64,000 nt of DNA from Paramecium tetraurelia. Its lineage: Eukaryota. The DNA is taken from contig CT868025.1 in the NCBI GenBank assembly GCA_000165425.1, forward strand, positions 1-64,000, written 5' to 3'. The notes beneath the pieces are model-generated. The model was not told the origin of the DNA and ran no database searches. It worked only from the letters and a program-made list of their open reading frames with translations. Numbering within the stretch: position 1 is the first letter of the stretch; each line of letters starts with the position of its first letter. This document shows positions 39,275 to 52,854 of the stretch, piece after piece. The position numbers and the translations under genes were made by a program.

Positions 39275-40086
39275 ATGAAAAGTCTGTAGGATATTCATAA
39301 AAAGAATCAGCAACAGAGGGCCACCTTCACTCTCATGAACCAAATGAATAATCGAGCCTAAATGGGATGGTTCACTCCTCAGCCCTCGAATGATTTGCAA
39401 TCTCCCTTCGGAAACACTCTTAGTTAATTCTCTCAACACGGTTCAGAGCATAATATTATCCATAATACCCGTGGCACTTTGCATTCTTGGAGTCAATCTC
39501 TAGAGAGACAAATTCAATCCAGAGAAATGGCAAGGTAAGTCAGAAAGCAGAATGCTCAATAATCAGCAAGACAAGAGAAACATTTCTTTGGAGCAATCAA
39601 TGGCATCCCCAAAATCAATTCACCCAAAACCTAAGCTAATTAAACAAATTCCATGTTTCAACCCAATTTAATTAGAGTTGACCCCAAAATTAAAAGACAA
39701 CTTAGTGAAATGAGTAAAAGAAACTTCCTTCATTTCCTCCTAGTCTAAAAAGTCGGACAGGTATATACTGTTTATACATGTAGAAAGATGAAAAATAATT
39801 CTATGAGTATCTGAAAAAGACCTATAATTTTGAACCTCCTTAACCTATTGAGGAACAATAAATAAAAGTCTCCAAGAAGGGCATCAAATATCTATTCACC
39901 AAAGAAGATGACGATGAAACAATCAAGAAAACAAGTTAACAAATCCTCAGAATGCACAAATTGCATCATGGAAGAGAGGTCCCACTTGACAAATATGTCT
40001 AAGACACTTATGAATAACAACTGAGAAGATTCCCTAAGGTAAGAGAGAAACTCGAATCCTCTAAAAAAAGCCATCTAGAACAATGA
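39275..40086 (+). CDS. Hypothetical protein
   Basis: Open code-6 frame MKSLQDIHKKNQQQR...KKSHLEQ-TGA with one ~24-nt intron near 39761-39784. No recognised domain. Confidence 0.7.
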
Positions 40087-40868
40087 TAATCTTAATTTTA
40101 ACATATCATATTGATCCTAACTCATTTTGTAACTTTTATCAATTTCATGAATTTCCAACCTTGAAATTGAATAAATCAATCTTAAACTCCAAACTTATTT
40201 ATACCTTCCTAAATTCACTTTAAAATTCATCAGTAATTGAACTAATAAACAGTTGATTTCAATTATTGTCATATTTTCACATAATTAGGTATTCACTAAT
40301 TAATTAATAATGAATAAAAGATAAATGGGTATATAATCTATTGATTTCAAATATCGATATTGAAATTTATAGAAATTTTAATGAGTTCTTAATTGGTTTT
40401 TTATCAAATTCGATTTTAGAATTTCCTATCTGAATTATCTAAGGATCTAAAATTGAAGACATAACAACATGCTATAATATATGAATGGTTGCATTAAAAC
40501 AAGCGATTATTAACATCATTTATTATTAGATTTGCACTATCTTTGTTAATTTTCTATTTATTTATTCTTAATAAAATATTTGTATACATTGATTGGTTAA
40601 AAATCTTATAGATTTATTACAAATTTATGATCTTTCTTTAATTGAAATTACTACGTCAACATTTTACTATATATTTTATAAAATCATATGAATGACTCAA
40701 AATACGATATAGAAATAATATTAAATTATGATTACTTTAAATTGACATTACATTATCAATTAATTATCTCAATCAATTATATCATCAATAACATTAGAGG
40801 ATTAAAATTAAACAAATAAATACATATATTCTAAATTTTAGAATTAAATAAATTAAAAACATTAGATA

Positions 40869-41675
40869 TCAGTTTCTTCTTTTCTTTTTTTGATCTTCGT
40901 ATTGCTTGGGTAATTTTTTAAATGCTATGTAACCCAAGAACAAAATGAAGGAAACAAATAAAACGAACATGATGTATTGTAAAGATTTTACTGATTTAAG
41001 GGAAAATCCAAATATTTTAGGTTCCAAATCAAAGTTTCTTTTGAATTGTGAATCATCATCTTCATCATCTTTGGAATCCATAGCCTTTTCAAAGTCTTAA
41101 ATGTATGACCAAATTCTTTCTTCTGCTTATGTGATATGCATATCAACTTTATCACTACTATAATCGTCTAAGGTCATGTTTTCATAAATGAATCTGTAAT
41201 CATCAAATTTGAATTCTTTGGATTAAATTTAGGAGAAGATCTAAAATCATAAGATCCCATAATATTACTTTGACACTATCATCATATGTGATGCTTTTTT
41301 GACATTAATTAACATATGAGGTATATATTTTCTTCCATACAATGCTTTATTCCTGTTTGGTTTGATGACTAAAGTGATAGATGTGTATTACCTTTCAATA
41401 ACTTTCATTAACTCCGACTTATATCTTGACAATTACATTCTAGCCAAAACAATGCAAGAGTAATTCAGAGTTTTCAATAAGGTTTATAGAGTGTCTCTTT
41501 CTTTGATGATTTCCTCCTTGGTTCTTGATTTAAATTTCCCTTCTGTGGGAGTGTCGCTGGCATTGTCATCCTTTGGAATTTCAGATTCCTACTAAGTAGT
41601 TTCTGCTTATTTGATGTCTTCCTAAGCTTAACTAATCACCAAACAAGCAATGAGAATAAGAATGTATAACTTCAT
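40869..41675 (-). CDS. Type I membrane protein (signal peptide, luminal domain, C-terminal TM, basic tail)
   Basis: MKLYILILIACLVISQA signal, TM segment YIMFVLFVSFILFLGYIAF, and tail KKKRRN-TGA. Two tiny introns. Confidence 0.75.
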
Positions 41676-41852
41676 CACACTTGTATAATTATAAATTAAT
41701 AAATTTCTTAAACAATTAATTTAAATTGATAAAAGTTAGTTAATCAAACACATAAACTATATTATGGCTTTATTACATAAATCTTGTAAATCAAACAACT
41801 TTATTGTTGTATTATACTCATATAACATTAATAAATATTTTTAACACCGTTA

Positions 41853-43400
41853 ATGTCACATAATTTTGATGATAGCAGTGTGAACATTCTATTGAAGGAG
41901 ATCGATGCTCTGATCAATAGAATGGGAGATCAGAATGAAAGTCACAAAAGCGATAATTCTTTTAAAGATCAATTAAGACAGACAGGTCGATTTATAGTGG
42001 AGAATGAATAGCCATGTGAAGTCCCAAAGAAATTCAGCATGTCCATTCCAAAAAAGCAAAACAATTCTTAATAGAAGAGAGTTACAATAGTTTCATAGAA
42101 GAAATCCTCTTCCTCCTCCTCTTCATCCGATAAAGAGTATTAAGTGAATAAAAGAAAACAGAAATATGAATAACAGAAGCAACAATCTAAATATAGTCCA
42201 GGAAAACCAAAATGGGCTGGGTCGTAATGCTCTTATAGATCGAAGGCCAAATCAAATCTAAGATTAGAAACTCAATCGCAATTGTCATAAGTGAAAACTC
42301 AATAATCTTAATTACCTGTGCAACCTGTGAAAGATGTGTTTTGCTTGATATGCGAAGAATTCATTCCCATAGATATAGTTAATTTTCATATGAACGAGTG
42401 TAAATAAATCTCTAATGGCAATGGAGAGGATTAAAAACTGCAATTAAAATTAGAGAACTACAAGAAACTCTTAAGTTTGAGATTCGAAGCAAGCACTGAT
42501 GACAATGTCAAACAATTGATTGAACTACTGTATAACTGCACTTAATAAATTCTTGAAGTAACAGATCAATATTAGCTATCTCAAATAGTTGAAGATTTAT
42601 ACGTCTTGAAAACCCAATTAACTTAAAATAGTAAATAAGAATCTTATATTAAGTCTAGCCAAAGCTTATCATGTGTTGACAGTGGCATAAAAGATATAAG
42701 AAATTGCAAATAGAAAGATGCAAGTCATGGTTTCATAGTAAGAGAAGCACTTAGAAGTCAAAGAACCATCAACAATTCTACATCAGAATAAAATCAGTTT
42801 CTAGTAATAGGAACAATTAATTGAGTATCATGCATAGCAAATATTGTTAGACGTTAAACAGTTATTAGTTATGCGACTAATACTACCACGAGAAAAAGAC
42901 TGTTTGAATCACCATCATTCTAAAACATGCCTAAGCAATTAGTCAAAATCTCCAATTTAAATACAAAACCAATCTCTCAAGCCCAAATTTAGAACAAATC
43001 GCCTGTCAAATAGGAGGTTCCTAATTACAAAAATGGAATTGAGTTTGGTAATAATTACGATTCCTCCAAAAAGAGATCCTATATCCAATTATCAAATTCA
43101 AAGAATCTAACTAAAGTTCACACTGAACAACATCGTTAAGAGAACATCAAGGAGTCTGAACCTACTGTTATCTCCAAAATCTAAACCTATATTTCCAATG
43201 TAAAAGGCAAGTTCTCTAATGAGAATGAATAATTAAAGAAGAAGTTCTTCCTACAAGCTTGCAAATGTAAAGACAAATTCCCAGTGAATCATCCCTCTCA
43301 AAATGTACTAATATCTGAAATGTTTAATCAAAGTTAAAGACAATAAATTCCAGAAGATGAATGGGAAGTCTGGATTTGCAATGTCCTTGAAAATGCTTGA
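41853..43400 (+). CDS. Hypothetical protein with C2HC (UBZ-like) zinc finger
   Basis: A 1548-nt span from ATG to TGA. Contains VFCLICEEFIPIDIVNFHMNEC and a C-terminal helical block KKFFLQACKCKDKFPVNHPSQNVLISEMF..IPEDEWEVWI. Confidence 0.7.
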
Positions 43401-43483
43401 TATTTTAACTTTACAGTAATTTGAATAGAAATAAATTATAAATAATATCTATAATTATATTGAATACTTATATAATAATATTG

Positions 43484-44803
43484 TCACTTAATATTTACTC
43501 TACTTTCAAGACAATGGTAGGGTATGGGTACTAACTTAATAACACAATTGATAGGAATATCAATATTCGGTATTTCACTTATTTAATTACAATGGTAATA
43601 AGCGTACAAACACCTAAATGAGATTAATGAACTAAATACTTTAAAACGGCAACATGTGCAATAATCAGAACAGGATCTCTAGATCTTTCAATTTCATAAA
43701 TTATAGGTTCTACTCTATGTATTACATCTAAAAATGATTCACCACGAGGATATTTGAATTCAAGAGGATTGGCTTTTCTTTCTTTGATCTACTTTGGATA
43801 TTTTGCTGCTATTTCTTTAACTGTCAATCCATCACATATTCCATAATCAATCTCATCCAAATTTTTTGTCTTCAATGCTTTTATTCCTAGTTTTTCCCCT
43901 ATCGATCTCTGCTGTGTCTAGATTCCTCTTTTCATTTGAGATGTAAATAAGGTTACCTAAAGATGTTTAGGAATGTACTTACATTTTTATTTCCTTTTAA
44001 TTCTTCAATAAAATAGTCACCTAATTATTGACTATTCTATTTTCCAGTTGCAGATAACTCTGGATCTCCTCCTATTTTATCAAGCAAATGATATTCAGTT
44101 TAACAGGATCTTACCAAATATATCTATCTATTGTTTGCATGTAGGTTCAGAAGAAAGGACACTATTTTAGAACACAAATAACCCTCCAGCATATGTACTT
44201 TCACTAGTTTACCAATATTAATTAGTTTGATGTATGATAGATTCTCTTTATTTTCCAGACTCTCGTAATTTTAAGCCAATACATCTATATGATTCATAAA
44301 TTGTTCAATTGTTTTATCTTTAAATCTACTTAATTTTGATTCATTAATATTATTAAGAATTACTTGAGGATCATCACAAATCGATTCTATCCAAAAGGTT
44401 TGATATTCCAATTTCAGGGTCTCTTTAAAAAAAGACTTCAATTTTTGTCTGTCAGCCTTAGTGCTTGTTAAGCCATTGTATAATGCAATGTCTCCGTCAC
44501 TTTATAAAAATGCCACCAATTGTTGAGCAGCTGTAGTCGATAGATGCTGTCTAACTTCTGCAAACTAAATATTAAATCAAATCTTACTTACGGATTATTT
44601 GGATCTATTTCTAATTCATAATCGATATTTTGATCTAATTAGTCATTGTTTTATTATGCTCCCTTAATAGAGAAGATTTCACTTTTATATCCAATCCAAT
44701 TCAAATATCTATTTAATTTGTAAGTGATGTGAGTTTTCCCTCTGGCTGGCAATCCAACCAATACTAAAATCAATTTATATTGTGTCTTTTTATATTGTTG
44801 CAT
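43484..44803 (-). CDS. PFKFB: 6-phosphofructo-2-kinase/fructose-2,6-bisphosphatase family protein, catalytically degenerate
   Basis: [72 protein letters not shown] and YPRGESF. Tiny introns. Confidence 0.9.
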
Positions 44804-45326
44804 AATTAATGTAATAATAATAATAATAGTAAATAATAATTTATTAAATTAGGTAATTTCTTAGATACTATAGTAAAGAATTAGGATTATATGATTCCTC
44901 AAAGAAAATACATTATATGATTCCAGTAACTCAAATATTTTCAGCCTATTTTTATTTGATATTCTTTGATTTACCTTATTAGTTATTAATTCATAAATGG
45001 TTATAATTGATAAATCTATAATTAATATGAGTGACGAAGAGTATTACATAAATCCAAATTAAGTGATATTCATTTATGGAAGACCATTGATAATATTGAG
45101 ATTCGAGATTATAATATGAATGTAATAGAATATTGTAAAGAGAGAAGCGGAGAGTCAGATCACTGGATTGGCATTTGAGTGGAGAGGAATTTTGATGGTT
45201 AATCTAATGTTCACTATAAAATGAATAATAGATTGAACATGATGTGAGTGTACATATAAATAATAATTTAAATATATGAATTTGAACTGAATGATTTAGA
45301 GGTCTAATTAAATTAAATATAAAAAA

Positions 45327-47155
45327 ATGAGCGCTCCAACCACATTTACGAATATAACTTTAGGAGGTTTCGTCATTTTCTCGCTGTTTGGAATTACAGT
45401 CTCGAGCAAGTAAGAGTTAAGTATATAAAGCTAAATTCACATCACAATATTGAAGTTGCTTTTGGTAATAGTGTTTGTAGTGAAGGCTTATGAAGGATTG
45501 TGCAAAAAGAAGAATGAGAAACAAGTCATTATAAAATCACCTTATAAACAAATAAACTTTAATGCTTTCGAGAGGAAATCAAGAGTTCATTCAATAGCCA
45601 GAATATCGTGGTATTATTTATGAATCCTATGATTAAGTGTAATAATCGGAGATGGTTCATACTCAAACTGAGTCTATGGAGAGACAATTTCCAAAAGAGA
45701 GGGAAAGAATCTTGAGTAAGGAGTAGAGAAAGAATAACATGAAGATGCGTAAGATATTTGATCGTTATGAAATCAGATTTTTAGGAAGAATGTGACAATG
45801 GGGAGTGGTAAATGCCATACAAAAATGGGTCGAATCGACAATTCTTTGTGGACGACACTCGATCTTAATATAGTTTGGCTTAAACTACGTCTTATTAGTA
45901 AGTTCAGACTTTGGGGAGGAGCAGCTATAGTAATAAATAATAATATGGTACTCCAGATTATGAAATTCAATAGAAGAGCAAGAATTCAGAGGTCATTTTA
46001 TCCAAACTAATTAAAAAAATGAGTGATGCTCATCAAAAAGCAGAGGAGTTATTTATGAAGTCATTTATACCAACATTTGTAAAAGAATTTTAGGATCATC
46101 TCGTAAATGTGAACAGAATGATGAAAGAGCATTTCCAACAGAAGATAATAGAAATTGACATCTTTTTCGCAAACAAGCCCTACGATATTAATTCCAATAA
46201 ACATGAGAAATCAATTGGATTCAAAAGTATCACCATGGAGGATGTGTTTCTTTCTCAAGAACTAAATTAAGAGTAGATCCAGAGAACCAGTAAGAGCACC
46301 TACTAATGTTGAGAAATTCAATAAGGAAAAGGCAGAATTCATTAAGGAATGTGATCTCTTGGAACTATTTTCCAATATTTTAGATGTGACTCTCATCAAC
46401 AGAAAAATAGTAAATGACAAAAAACTATTCCTAACCAAACTAATTGATTTTTCAGAAAACAGTTCTAAACCCTAATATCTCACAGATGGTTTGAATGAGA
46501 AAATGATTAGCGATTATGAAGTAAACATCCCTATTTATATTCAGTTACTATTCACTGTTTTCATAAATGTTCTCCTGAAATGTGTCAGATATGAAAAGCA
46601 GAAGTACAATAAGGAGAGTAGTGAGCTCAATCTAAATGCATGGAAATCTATCGAAGTCAGCTTAATCGGACTTGAGAGTTTAGGAAACACTGAACCTGAA
46701 TCAGCCAAGTAGAAAGGAACTCGCCAATCAGAATGGGTAGGCTAATTAAAATGATACTTAAAATGCTAATCAACCACAAAAACAAATCGAGTAGATCAGG
46801 TAATCTGTACAATTAAAATTAGAAATCTAATTATCAATCAAAAGTTAGAATAATATGTTTCTGAACCTCAATTTCACTATTATAGCGATTGCATAGTCAA
46901 GGCTTTGACGAAAGAGAAAGAGATCAAAAAGGTTAAGCAAGAGTACATACTATATACTCCTAGGGTAAGAGTTTTGTTTATTCATCTTAGGATTCAAACT
47001 CACTGTTTTGTTTAGTGAGCTATTATCTTCTCCATTTGCTGAATGTGCCCAAATAACATTGGTAATAATTGTAATAGATGGAAATGGATTAAAAAATGAT
47101 CAAATGCTTGATTAGAATGGCCAAAGATTTTTCATATTTAGTGGCAAATGTGTGA
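45327..47155 (+). CDS. Protein with two N-terminal TM segments, tentatively TMEM209-like; exon structure partly unresolved
   Basis: TMs LGGFVIFSLFGITV and ILKLLLVIVFVV. C-terminal IPIYIQLLFTVF, EPQFHYY and DSNSLFCLVSYYLLHL resemble TMEM209 motifs from memory. One frame change near 45480-45640 is unexplained. Confidence 0.5.
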
Positions 47156-47185
47156 TTTAATTATATTAATATATAATTTGAAAAT

Positions 47186-48137
47186 ATGTATAGGGATATC
47201 TCTGAGAAGTTTTTGGGAGGTTATCAATCAACTGCAAGTTTTCATAATCACGACCCACTTGAAGGGATGAGACCATAGATTCTGCAGAAAGTCAATTAGA
47301 ACCTCATCTTTGTGATTTATGTAGTAAGTTAATTGCTTTAATTAATGATTGGATTCTCATTAGTTTAGCAAATAGATATTATTACAATTGCCACTTAAAG
47401 ATGCATAATCACTATCATATTAACATTGCTGTATATCTAATTTTTCGACAACTCCTAATTTTAGTTTGATCAAGGCTACATAAAGGTATTTGGTTTAATG
47501 AGTGCTGCATAAGTACTAGCATCTCTGATGGGGTTACTTGCAATGTAAACCTTCGTGTTTTCAGAAGTATGCACATTCCATCAATTAACTGCGGGGTATA
47601 TCCTAGTTTTGCAGCACTTCCTCATCCAACCAACTAATAATGTAAACCTATTGCTATCCTTGATTCAAACTATTTCAACCATTTTATTTTCAGGGAACAT
47701 CTTGTATATACTGATTTGTCTCTTACAACCATTAAGTCTAGCATTTATTTAGACTCTTAAATATTTGATGACCAAGCAAATACAACAATTTTCATTGCAA
47801 TTATACACCAATCTTATAGGATTGCCACTCTACATTTTACTGAGTCTCTTTAGTGGAGGTGTGTAGAATGTTTTCGATATGACCTACTTCATGTAATCAT
47901 ATTTATCTATCTAGCGAAATCCTAATCATGTGTATTCTCTAAATGTTTGCATATTTGGCAATTAATGAATTGGTCAATTAATAGTTATCAACTATGTACA
48001 TCTGGGCACTCTCTGGCTGTGTGACTATTCTGTCCTTAATTGTGTAATTGGGATATCACTAAGTTCCTTTGGGATTTGGATCATTGTCAGTGATTCTAAT
48101 AGTTTTTACAACAATAGGCATGCATAGATAGGCTTGA
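47186..48137 (+). CDS. Multi-pass membrane protein, DMT/EamA-like transporter candidate
   Basis: MYRDISEKFLGG... followed by about 9-10 hydrophobic segments over ~310 aa. One 22-nt intron near 47893-47914. Ends MHRQA-TGA. Confidence 0.65.
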
Positions 48138-48567
48138 GTATAATCATCACATTAATAATAAAAGTGTTTATTATTGTTATTGCTTCCATTTCATATTACA
48201 TAATTATATATATTGATTAGAAAAATTGAATATAAAAACTCATTGATCTTCTCATCTATTATTGCTGAATGTGTAATAACATTAAATCGGTTCCAATAAT
48301 CATAATTGAATATAACATAGATTATACATTTATTTCTTAGTGTTTTTTTTATTAATTTAAATTCATATAAATAATTCATAATTAGACTATAATGTTTAAC
48401 TACTATTTTCAGGCCATATATAAATAAAAAATATCATAGGATTAAGTTATTCATAAATTATTTTTAAAAATAATTTTTTATTATTATTATAATTAATTAT
48501 TTATATTACCATCTAGATAAGAATATGTAAGTAATATAAATATATCATAATATAACTTAATATAAAT

Positions 48568-50065
48568 TCAATAATTATGAGACTATGTTGATTATTTATC
48601 TCTACTCAAACACCCAAATGCCGAAAATACTTTATCCATAAAACCAAGTTCCTCTTATTTCTATGGTTATCCTTGAATTTCCTTTAATCCTTAAACCATT
48701 TATTGTCTTTAAGATAGTCTACTTACTCTGGCCTTAAATTCTTCCTCTTAGTTGTAATTTGAAGAAGCAGTTGATTTTCCATTATTGCTGTTATTTTGAG
48801 AGATATAATTAGAAGATTTAGATAAGGGTTTTAAATCGTTATTACTATTTTATGTTGGTCCTTTAATAAATGATCTCGTAATAATATCATCATTTTATGG
48901 AGATATCGATCGATTCGATAAATCGTTGTGTTTATCCTGTTTATTTATATAAGATCTAAGATCAATTCCATAACTTTTATAGAATTTCTTCATCCAAGGA
49001 TGCTCGAAGATCTGATTCATTGATAGTCTATCAATAGGATTAAACTTGAGTATTCCTTATATTATTTGTTTAGCTTCGAGTGATAAAGATGGATCATACT
49101 CGATTGGAGTCATCTTAATAATATTATTGCACTTTTCATTTTCAGTTTTCCCCTTGAATGGAGCAAAGCCATGGATTAATTCAAATAGCAATACTCCCAA
49201 ACACCAAATATCCAGTGTGAAACTATAGGGTTGATTGGTCAGCATTTCTGGAGCCATATAATCGAGAGTGCCACAAAAAGTTCTTCTGACTCCATTTTAA
49301 GTGGTTTCAGCTGACCAACCAAAATCGCAAACCTTGACGTTACCTTACTTATCAAGTAGTAGATTTTCTGGTTTAAGATCTCTATGTATTATATTTCTTT
49401 TATGTAGGTAGTCTATTCCCAAACAAGTTTAGAAGAAATAGACAAAAGCTTCATTTTCTGGGAGTCTTCGTCTCTTCCTTATATAACTAAACAGACTTCC
49501 GTTCTCTTAAATATATAGGATGTTATGATACCTGCTAATTCTAATATAAGAAATACATTTTCTTTGTCCTCAAAATAATGAAATAGTTTGGTGATATGTG
49601 GATGTTATAATTTTCTTTAAATTTTAATTTCTCTCTTTAGATTTTCAACAGAACAATACTCAAATATTTATTTCTTGTTCATCTAGCTTCAATTAATAGG
49701 GTTACCACTTTCATTGCATACATCTGGCCATTCTATTTGTCCTTGACCAATTTGACACAACCATAACTACCTTTTCCCAATTCCACTTTATTATCCTTGA
49801 TTATTATTTCGAAGTCTTCTGCCTATCTACGAATGGATTTCAAAGTGGACGCAGTATCATTCAGCTCAGTTTGACTCTTCCTACTTATTGGACGACAATT
49901 ATTCTTATGAGATAATGTCCTATTCAATAATGAAATCTTAATTTACCAATCAGTATCTCTGCACTTCTGGGAACAATATTTAGTGTTCTAACAGTACTAA
50001 CAAGAGTATATTGCACCTGCATTACTAGTGTTGATACAATATTTATATGAGCAGCCTTAATTCAT
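48568..50065 (-). CDS. Aurora-like Ser/Thr kinase with N-terminal MYND-type zinc finger
   Basis: [45 protein letters not shown] and RRTFCGTLDYMAPEM. N-terminus CSYKYC..CQYCQNTKYCSQKCRDTDW..HKNNC. Confidence 0.9.
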
Positions 50066-50097
50066 TTAATAAAATATAATAACGCATTTAATTTATA

Positions 50098-51234
50098 TCA
50101 ATTTATGCAAAACTTTCCCATTGAAGCTAACTTCGATTTAGTATAGGCTGGAGTAGGCAAATCGTTCAGATTCATTCCCAATTATTTCAGTATGTAAGGA
50201 TTCTGTGTCTGATTCGGATTAGGATTAGTAAGTGGATTATATAATTGATTTTGATCTGAAGCTACACTTCTAGCAGGAGTTGAAACCTAAAATCTCGCAA
50301 ATTTTCATACATTATATTGTCTATCAGAATTTTACCAATAAACAGAATTGGCATGTTGATAGCCATTCGATTTAGCCTCATACCTATTCTGTTTACGCTT
50401 CTACTGTTACTCTTGCAACTGAATCGAAAGAATCGAATTGTATTTCTCCTTTGAAATGTCTTCCAATTCTTTCTAATATCTGTACTGTTTCTCATCTTGC
50501 TATTACTTTTGTACTACATTCTTTAAAATGATGTCATCCAATCCTTATTTTGGATCTCTGTAATTCTCTAAGTACATTGCCTATAATTATTGCTACCTGT
50601 TTTAAACATTCTGATAATACTTTCAATATATCATTAATCATGTACTTATTTGTAATTATCTAACTTCCTTTATATTTTCGTATTCTCTTAATGTACTTAT
50701 TCTTAATAAACTGCTTGATCAAACTTTTTATAATTCAATTCATTTAGCTTTTTAATCTGTGCCTGACCATATTATTGATCCTAAACCTTTCTATAATAAT
50801 CTTTTTTTTATTTTTCAAAGAAGTCTGCCATTGTTTGTCCTTGCTTTGCAGTGTCAACAATCTACTATTCAACCTATTATCTTTCTTATCTCTATCAATA
50901 TAGATAACATTACTATCTATTCTTGGATGATTCTTTAATTAGTTAGTGAATTTTCATACCATTTTGATAAATCCTTCTTGATATACTATTTGTTTTGACC
51001 TTCCATTAAATTTTGCATTTCTTTCTCTCTCCTCAAATTCTCCAAGTATAACAGTTCTTCCTTCTACTTTTGAGTTGTTATCGATCTCTTTCTCTTCTCC
51101 ATTTCCAACTACTGGTCATAGAGTTACTATTTAAGAAGCTCCTATTACACCAATCTGAAATCTCTTGCTTGATCTTGCAATTAACGATTTACATCAAATT
51201 CTTTATAATCATCAAATTTGATTGGCAAAATCAT
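50098..51234 (-). CDS. Coiled-coil protein with C-terminal NPLTNP/NPY motif (possible ciliary or cytoskeletal protein)
   Basis: MILPIKFDDY..., a Q/E/K-rich helical body, then YNPLTNPNPNQTQNPYILK..LASMGKFCIN-TGA. Tiny introns. Confidence 0.7.
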
Positions 51235-52467
51235 ATTTTATTAATAAAATTTTCGTTCTTGTTCTGATTAATTCAGCATCATTATTTAGTAACTACCCTT
51301 ATTAATAAATGCAAGATTTCTTACAAATAAATTAGAGAATCACTTTAAAACTATTCATCCCATCCAATATTATTCAATCTATGCGATCTTAATCTGAATT
51401 CTTTAAATCACCCTTAACAGTTATTAAAAATTGTGCACATAATTGATAAAAAATCTTTCTAATAATTTATGGACATCAAACATAGTAATTTGCGGGATAA
51501 ATTTCAATATTAATTTTAACTTGAAAAATTAAGGCAGTCTTTACCTGTATTTGCTCATTACCTTTTTGTAATAAATAATTTAAGATCAATTTAATGAAGG
51601 GAATGATACCTCAATTTTAATCAATATTCTTTTCCATTATTATACTAAATTCAGTTATTGCATTATAGAAAGAACATCTATCTATTCGTATTTATTTTAG
51701 CACACAAAAGAATTATAATATATTAGTTACTATTTTAAGAAATACTTAAATAAAAATAATTAAAATAGATAAAAACCTATTTAATACTTTAACAGTTAAT
51801 TTACAAGCAAAAATATGAGATGCCTATTTAGATTAGAACTCAACAACATTTTAATATATTATTTAAAAATAAATTATATTATCTAAATAATTAAGAATTA
51901 GCCGCAACCTTATCAGATATTGAGATATTTCTCCTTATTATGTTATTATAGGTAGTCTAATGTAAAGATCCTTAAAGGTGGATATTAGAAAATGCTGTAT
52001 TTTGAAAATTTCTAAGTCAACTTAATTCAAAAAAATAATTATTGCTTCGAAAACTTCCTTATGTTCCAAATGTTGTAAATCGATTTAGATAAGGCTTAGC
52101 AACATCGAATATCCCTTAATTAATATATGAAATTTATGTTGTCATGTATTTGGGAAACTGTCTTTCTTAAAACGAAACAATGCTGTCCCCCCAAAGTTTA
52201 TTAGAATATTATTCGATTGGAAGTCAAGAAGATCAATTTGATTCACTTAATTAGGAGAAAATTAAAAATTCTGACTTTAGGACATTATTTATTAGTTTTA
52301 ATAAAATTAAAAAACATTTCAGTTTATTTACATATTATATAAATTTTGAAAGACATTTTTATGTTTCTTAGGCAATAAACCTATATTGTGAAAGAGTTTG
52401 GAATGGAAGTAGTTGAAATAATTTTCAATATAAAAATAGACTCAAAATCAATTTTCAAATGACTTTA

Positions 52468-52854
52468 TCATATAAATTAAGAGAACCCACATTGGCCGCA
52501 TTTTTATTAGTAAAAATAATTCTAGGATGAACAAATTGAGCATTTCTTTTAGAAAGAGAACGATTTATTCAAGTTTTCTGTTTTTTTTGATAAATCCTCA
52601 AGAAAAAGTGCTTAAGAAAAAACAACATCTTCATCATCATTGCTTTCTACTGAACTATGATTGCTTCCACCTAAGTCTTATTCTTGAAGTTTGATAGTTT
52701 AGAAGATTTAGAGTCCTTAATCGACTTTATTAGGAATAAATCTTGTCCCAGGTGCATCTCTTGTGCATTATTGACATCTGTTGCAAACTTTTCGAAATGA
52801 ATAATTTAAGTTTCTGCATTCAGAACAAATCCAATCGCAAGGTTTGTTTTACAT
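52468..52854 (-). CDS. Small protein with two RanBP2-type zinc fingers
   Basis: DWICSECRNLNYSFRKVCNRCQ and KCSICSSQNYFYQQKCGQCG within a 387-nt ORF. Confidence 0.85.

Noticed and set aside
45027..45200. Short MSDEEYY.. reading frame
   Set aside because: It stops within about 30 codons and no intron rescues it. At most a remnant.
47340..47760. Minus-strand PARP-like or phosphatase-like reading
   Set aside because: It has multiple in-frame TGA codons, and the plus strand gives a clean multi-TM ORF.
51300..52430. Possible small gene in a long AT-rich gap
   Set aside because: Only short inconsistent frames with no recognisable motif.
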